Part shown: in pieces, positions 57,220 through 64,000 of the stretch
How positions within the stretch are numbered: position 1 is the stretch's first letter
Layout of the letters: each line of letters starts with the position of its first letter
Origin: Octopus bimaculoides
Lineage: Eukaryota
DNA length: 64,000 nt
Reading direction: 5' to 3'
Assembly: GCF_001194135.2 (NCBI RefSeq)
Contig: NC_068990.1
Coordinates: 9,971,089 to 10,035,088, forward strand
Position numbers and translations under genes: made by a program
The notes under the pieces: generated by a model
Databases searched by the model: none
What the model was told of the DNA's origin: nothing
Seen by the model: the letters and a program-made list of their open reading frames with translations, nothing else

Positions 57220-58049
57220 TGAAATAATCATTTCCAGTGTGGCATTCTTATCGACACTCCGAGATTAACAGTTTAGATTATGTTACTTTTCATCACGTTA
57301 TATAACCGATGGCAGATCATACACTCGTAGTGGGTAAATGTTTAAATGTTTAAAAAGCCAATATAACTTCTACAATAAATCCGAATTTGGTCATTGCCCA
57401 AATATTTCCTACAATTTTAAACGGCGGAACGTAATTTATATTTGTGTAAATTAATCTGAAGTGCCTTTGAACTTTACATGACATGGTATCATATTTCTCA
57501 ACCAAATTTATAACCCGTATGACCTGCTATAATTTGCTGCTATACAAAGTTTACTTATGAATTAAATACTGAATATAAATATGTGATACAATGTCAGTAT
57601 GGCCTTAGTTTAGCGATCGGATTATCATTGAATTATTTTCCAATGCATATGTTGGTATATAACATATTTCTACCAACGGAGTAAAGGCACATCATCTTCA
57701 AACTGTTCAAATTCAGACTATTCTTTTTGGCCTAATAGTGCGTCAGTTCTTTTACTATATTCTACGATTAGATATATTAATTATGTATATGTAGCAATTA
57801 TGAAGGCTCTAGAGAATCTGATTGACGCACATTTTAACATTATATTCGTAATGTGAAGGAATATATACATGCCAACGAAGGAAATTAATTTCTAAATGCT
57901 TTGGATAGCACTTATTTTCCTCAGTGTGATATACGAAGTTATATATTTTAATATCAAGGTATTTTAAGACGGTGACACTCAATCACTGTCAAGATGAAAC
58001 TGGGGTTGCATAATATGTATGCAAAATGTAGTTGGATGAAGATCGCATT

Positions 58050-58200
58050 GATGTAGGTTTCCAATTTTGGTAAATGGTCATCGATTTCCGGGTGGAGAGC
58101 TAGTTGATAGCATCGCGCCTAATGCTCAGCTCGTAATTATCTTATTGACCCCGAAAGTATAAAAGACAAAGTCGACATCCGAGTAATTTTATCTCAGTAC
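58050..58200 (-). mobile_element. Degenerate SINE family A
   Basis: TTATTGACCCCGAAAGTATAAAAGACAAAGTCGACATCCG matches the reverse complement of the family centre. Confidence 0.7.
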
Positions 58201-58689
58201 AGCTTCATAAGAGCCGTAAAAGCGAAATACAATGGATCTTCTTGGTCCCGTATGTAAAGTAGGTGGGCTTCGATTTAATAAGTAGCGACTGCATGTACTT
58301 TCAGGTTAGTAGTTTGTATGCCTCTACAGATGTGGTGCAGTATTCTCCAGGCTTTCTGTTGTTGCTGTTGTTGTTCTTATTGTTATTATTGTTGTTATTA
58401 GTATTAGTATTATTACTTATACGGTATGCTTAATAATCTGATAAATAATTGTTAAATCAGGTGTAATTCTAGTAGAAATTGGAGATAACATTTGAAATTA
58501 TTCATTCCATTCGATTTATGCTACAGCTCAAGATTCAACGAAATACCTATAGCATATATACACCGAAGCTTATACAATTGGTTAAGCAAATAATGCTGTA
58601 TAACGAACAATATGTAAGTAATGTATTATGTGACTCATCAATATTTAAAAAATATTTCTTTGACATAAAATGTGTTTACAATAAAATTC

Positions 58690-58893
58690 TATGTCATGTT
58701 CAATGCAACGATCACGCTCAGTACACCTTCCTTCCAAGCACTGCTGTAAACATCGAAAGTAAGCTTGTGTGCTAAAACTTATTGCGCATGCACAACACAG
58801 TTCAAGGTCAACGTTTGCCAAGCGGCTTCACTCTGTGTACTTTAGCTTCCTTACTATGGTAACAGTCCAAATACTTGTTGATCAGACCTCGTA
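58690..58893 (-). mobile_element. Left end of a second mariner family (TIR plus 5' UTR to the ATG)
   Basis: Minus strand TA-CGAGGTCTGATCAACAAGTATTTGGACTG...ATGACA; TIR shape typical of mariners. Family assignment is from recall. Confidence 0.7.
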
Positions 58894-58898
58894 TCACT

Positions 58899-59262
58899 TG
58901 CCAAAGATGAAAGCGAAAGCTTCAAATCCCACCAATCCTTCGATAAATGCACACACAAGCAATCATGAACACATCAAAGAATAGACCTACGTTAAGGATG
59001 GAATTTTGAAGATAGTTTACATACCCCAATATCAACTGATTTCATGCCCATGCTTTGTAATCTTCAGTTGGAGATAGCAACATCCATTTCCAAGAATGTT
59101 TTCTCATGCACAGCATGAAATCAATTGATTTTGGGGTATGTAAACTATCTTCAAATTTCATCCTGAAGGTTGGCCTAGTTTTTGAAGTGTTCATTGCATT
59201 GCTCGTGTGTGTATTTATCATAGAATTGGTGGGTTTCGAAGTTTTCGCTTTCATCGTTAGCA
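58899..59262. repeat. Long imperfect inverted repeat: arms 58899-59047 and 59113-59262, 65-bp spacer
   Basis: Manual alignment of the left arm to the reverse complement of the right arm gives about 22 mismatches and 2 indels over ~150 bp; the ORF track also shows MKAKASNPTN on + and MKAKTSKPTN on -. Confidence 0.95.
59024..59073 (-). ncRNA. Minimal type I hammerhead motif with palindromic stem III; stem II damaged
   Basis: Minus strand CTCCAA-CTGAAGA-TTACAAAGCATGGGCAT-GAAA-TCAGTTGA-TA-TTGGGG: 6-bp stem I, canonical core, AUA triplet. Confidence 0.7.
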
Positions 59263-59422
59263 TTTTTACCCTTCTCTTATTCAAATATTTAATATTATAA
59301 CTATTAAGGTAGTAGTCTTGCTAACCGCCTATTTATTGCTGTTTTTAACAGTAATATTACTTTCATATGGTTGATCTATTATTGTTTACGATAGTTTCTC
59401 TCTTTAAACGGAGCGGGACGTT

Positions 59423-59463
<41 letters not shown>

Positions 59464-61112
59464 CAGATTTTTTATTGAACCCAAAATATTGTCATGCTAG
59501 TCTAAGTATCATGTATAGAGAATTATTTTAATATTTCATTTGAATTAATATTTATCAATTTCAGAATAAATTTTGGTGGCTGAATATCAGTATGCACATA
59601 AGCTTATTTCAATATTTATTTAAAGCATTTTATAACAGAAGGTAAAGAATTATATAATCGAAAATGCGAAGCTAGAGTAAAATTTAAACTTGCAAATCAT
59701 AGCTGAGGATTAAAAATTCAGAGTATTTTCCTAAGTTCCTGATTTCAAAAAAAAAAAAATCGCAAAATAATTTTCGTAAGGTTATGTTCTGATACATGTA
59801 ATGGGGATTTCTAACAATTCAAAACTGAAGCGTTGACATCTTATGTGCTTATACATGGAAAGAAATCTGTAGTCATGTAATATGAGGGGGAATCATATAG
59901 ATATTTGGCGTATCATGATTTTCTTGTTGTTACGATAGTAATATATATATGTTGTTGTAAAGAGACACGCATTGCGTAATGTATACGTCAAATAAAGCAA
60001 TTTCTATTGTATTGTTCTTCTTTCTAAGGGTGCAGAACTAAAGATTCAGGAGAAAATTTCCCTCCCAGTTTCGAACGCCATCCATTCGTCTTTCTTATTA
60101 TAAAGTATGTATATTCGGGTCACACTTTATTTTCATTATCAAGTACAACATTGCTTTATGTGTTCTTTATGCGTTTTTGGAGATTATAATTCATGTTGCA
60201 GAATTCAATACGATTTCTGGAGTCCGAAGAGCTCGGGCGCTATACCGATAAAAAAAAAATTCTGATCAGGTACTGCCTTATTTTTCAAATCTACTTTAAC
60301 AACATCCTTTGAATTGATCATCGCAGTTTTCTGGCATATGTAATAGTACAGAATCCGAAGAATCATTCCTTTACTCGACTGTGGAATGTTCATTCTTTCA
60401 TTAAAATATCAGTTGAAAGCCAAGTTATTCGAACATCTAACTTCTCATTTTTGAAAGTTGGAGACAGTATATCTCTTTCATATTTTAAGATTTTCTTGGA
60501 TATCTTCAAATTATACTGTTATATAATACGTCTACATTTATATAATACGTTTCTATTCAGCCATTCATTGTGTACTGTATAGTCCAAAATGAAATCAATA
60601 TACATATCTCATGTCTGTCAAATATGATACCGGAACTCTCAGGAAGCTGGTGATTAAGTTAATGGAATTAGTGGCGTCAATAATTCAAACTAATTGAAAA
60701 CGGAATAGACTTATGAATTAAGCTTGGAAACCATTATTTTACTGCACTAATTACGGTGAATCGGCTAGCATATCAAACATCTAAATCTGCATAGTTGTTT
60801 CACTATAGCGAAGATTAATATTAACAGCATTAGAATATAAACTATAATAATCCTTGATAAAGATTGAACTCATGTTTCTAATATCTAATATCATTATTTT
60901 GTTGGAAGACCTCTCTCACAAAAAAGAAAATGATGTTCCTATGATGATAGATCTAATAATAAAGAAATTACAAAAAAATTACATAGAATATCACAAAAAA
61001 GGCAGCATTGTATTTACGATGTAAACTGGCAAAATTTATAGCAATGTATTCCAGTAGAGGTCAAGTTAAAAAAAAAAGGTTAGTGATATAATTCTCAAAA
61101 GCAGGATAAATC

Positions 61113-61160
<48 letters not shown>

Positions 61161-62061
61161 GTGCTGCATTGAAATAATGTATATAATTTAACACGTACAC
61201 ATAAGCCCAAACATATTCAAATATTCACATATGGACATATACACCACCACGCAGATATGGAGATACAGTCATGTGTACACATAATGCAATTTGTGTGTGT
61301 GTATAAGTAAGATTCAATTGAGGCACCTCATTATGTCGGAATAATATACGTACACAACTATATTATTTAAACATAAAACTTGGTATAAGTATCGGCTAGG
61401 TGATATTCATATAGTGTATTTAGACAATACCAGCCAGTTGAGTAAAAAAAAACATCACTATTGAGTTATTCCGCCATGTACATTATATTGAATATATTTA
61501 CGAACGGCAGATCCCGAGACAGATGAATAAAATATAGATAAGTAACGGTAAAGATACAAGTGTCAATCCATCACTGCCGTTTATAACCATCCTTTAGTTG
61601 ATTAATGAAAACATGACAACGTTATAAAGAAAGTTTTCGTCAGATGAATTCATGAACTACAAATTTAGGTTACATTCAAAATTATAGTTTATAATCCACT
61701 GACCAGTAGACAATAAACAAACGTAACAGATAAACCAAAGACTGATTGAACTGCGCCCTCCTCTTTTGTTAGAAGTAGAGATAACTGTGCAACTGGAGTC
61801 AATTATTTCCCCGACCTAACAATTTTATTAACCTCTATTTTTTTTTTGTTCTGATTGAATATACACTATTCTGGTAAATCCATTCTGTCACCTGAAATAG
61901 TGGGACAGTCACTGAAAATGTTTTGCTCCGTGGATTTTGAACTATGTTAAATCATTTTGAATATCCCTAATTTTGAAGTTCATCAATTCATCTCACGAAA
62001 CGCTATCTTTATAATTATGTAATGTATTGACACCTGTACCTCTACTGTTACTATATATATA

Positions 62062-62640
62062 TATACACCCGGCCTTTGTTTCTAAAAGCATTAGATTTCA
62101 CCAAGCAATATGTTTCCATCGATAGCTCGGAAATAGATATTATCCTGCATGCAAGGAAATCCCTCCTTTCTTTACGATGATTCCACCTGTGTCGAAAACC
62201 CCATCGTAAGCCCAATGAAAAGCGATGTTCTTTGAGCAAAAAAATCAAATCATCCACCGGTAATTCTTAAGAGCTTAGTAAGCAATATAGGAAGGCGCTT
62301 ATCATCGATACCTTGAGATAATAGATCATTTCAAAATGCCGCACTATATTATAATAACGCATTAAGGAAAAGTAGTTTCCCGGAGAAGATCTAGTATAGT
62401 CTGACTAATTCTAAGAATAATAGACGACGTAGAACTAGAACTACGAAGTTTTTGTGGTTTAATCCGGCATTCAATATTGCTGTAAAAATTAATATACGTA
62501 GGGAGTTCTTAAAATTAGTTTCTAAACATTTTCAATGTGACCACACGTCCTATAGAATTTTTAATAGGAGAATACTGAAGGTTTTCTATTCTTCTTGCTA
62601 AAACATTGTCTCTTTTATTAATTGGCATAACATAAAAAAA
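62062..62640 (+). mobile_element. Penelope-like element RT fragment with a large internal deletion
   Basis: KALDFTKQYVSIDSSEIDIILHARKSLL/YDDST.V joined almost directly to RKPNE...SNHPPVILKSL...AALYYNNALRKS...WFNPAF...FLKLVSKHF...IFNRRILKVFYS; the central RT motifs are absent. Confidence 0.85.
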
Positions 62641-62789
62641 TATTATGAACACCCACAGTGCCGAATATAATCTGAGCAACTGCAATTTCAAAGATAAGAC
62701 TTGTTGTCTAATAGAAAGTAAATGTCATGAAAAAGTAATTGTGTTTTAGAGCTAAAGTGCAAATACATGTCTCACAAAAATATAAAGCC

Positions 62790-63040
62790 CCATGTGGCTC
62801 TGGCAGGGGATAGTGGCGAACCTGCTGTACTCTTCCACCACAACTTTCTCTCATTCTTACATCCTGGATCTGTTGTACCTGTAATTCAAAGTGTCAGCCT
62901 CATCACACTGTGTCACGCTGAATATCCCCGAGAACTACGTTAAGAGTACACGTATCTGTGGAGTGCTCAGCCACTTGCACGTTAATTNNNNNNNNNNAAC
63001 TGGAACCCTCGACGTCGTAAGCGACTGAGTGCCAACACAT
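62790..63040 (+). mobile_element. Short retroposon, family D (3' CACTTGCACGTTAATT...AACTGGAACCCTCG...GAGTGCCAACA)
   Basis: GC-richer block resembling an abundant Octopus repeat as I recall it; contains a 10-N gap. Confidence 0.65.
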
Positions 63041-64000
63041 AAATATCTAAACAGATGTATAAATATATGTATGTATCCCCCCCCCCTATCTCTCTCTCTA
63101 TCTATCTATATATTGCACTGCCCCGTGATTCTGAAATAAAGAAGTAAAAAGTGCCCCGTCTGGTGAAAGATAAATATTATTTAAAAGGCAGAATATGTAT
63201 ATATAATTACGTATATGTGTGTGTAACAGATTTATATATTTGCGAGATTGGCTTTTTCTTTATCACTGTTTAGAACCGACGTTNNNNNNNNNNTATATAC
63301 AGAACAACGGTGATGACCCGCGTGCACTATGTCATCGCGATGAAAACAAAAGAAGTGGTGCTTCTGCCAACGTATATACGGTGACGTACGTTTCGTGCCA
63401 GGGTGAGAGAGGTACCGCAGGAGGTTGATACCGCACGGGTGATGGCCGCTCTGTAGCTTAACAGGGAAGATAAAATTAATACATTACAAGTAACACGCTC
63501 TACCCCCACCCCCCAAAAAATTGACTTTCATTTGCAAATACCGACAGGGCACAGACAGTGTGTCGATAGCCAGCTAGAAGGGATGTTCTCCTGAGGTTAC
63601 AAGCTACAGTAGCATTCGCCCTTAGTGGCTAGCCGTATTTAAGTGGCAAATATACTTCACGTTGTTGTGCAGCTACTGTTAATACAACGTTCAGAGATTT
63701 ATTATATATATATATATATATATATGTACACAAACACACACACACACATATATATATACAAAATTGCAGCGTTGAAGGTGTTTATAAGCCTTTTAAAAAC
63801 ACACAAAAACCGTGAGCTTCACTTCAATATCTAGATTTAATTTGTCAAAATATTTTCGTCGCTTTGAAACCTCAACCTCTCCACAGCCAAAATTCCGAGT
63901 TACTGTACGTAATTATGTCAGTGAACAGTTCACGGTTTCAAAGCGACGAAAATATTTTCACAAATCAAATTTATATGCTGAAGGGAATCTAACGGTTTTT

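Overview
AT-rich, microsatellite-dense eukaryotic draft-assembly sequence with 11 N-gaps. The SINE and LINE families I recognise point to a coleoid cephalopod, most likely Octopus (inference from recalled repeat families, not from a database search). No host protein-coding gene, rRNA, genuine tRNA or CRISPR array can be supported; the long ORFs in the track are microsatellite or gap artefacts. The window is intergenic or intronic and full of decayed mobile elements: at least four families of short (SINE-type) retroposons, several R4/Dong-like (RLE-endonuclease) LINE fragments tied to (AAT)n tracts, one CR1-group LINE 3' end, four mariner remnants and several Penelope-like element (PLE) fragments. 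The most interesting signal is a set of minimal type I hammerhead ribozyme motifs in three unrelated sequence contexts: 15842-15886, 42729-42774, and a head-to-head pair inside a ~150-bp-arm inverted repeat at 58899-59262. All translations and folds were done by eye, and element boundaries are approximate.
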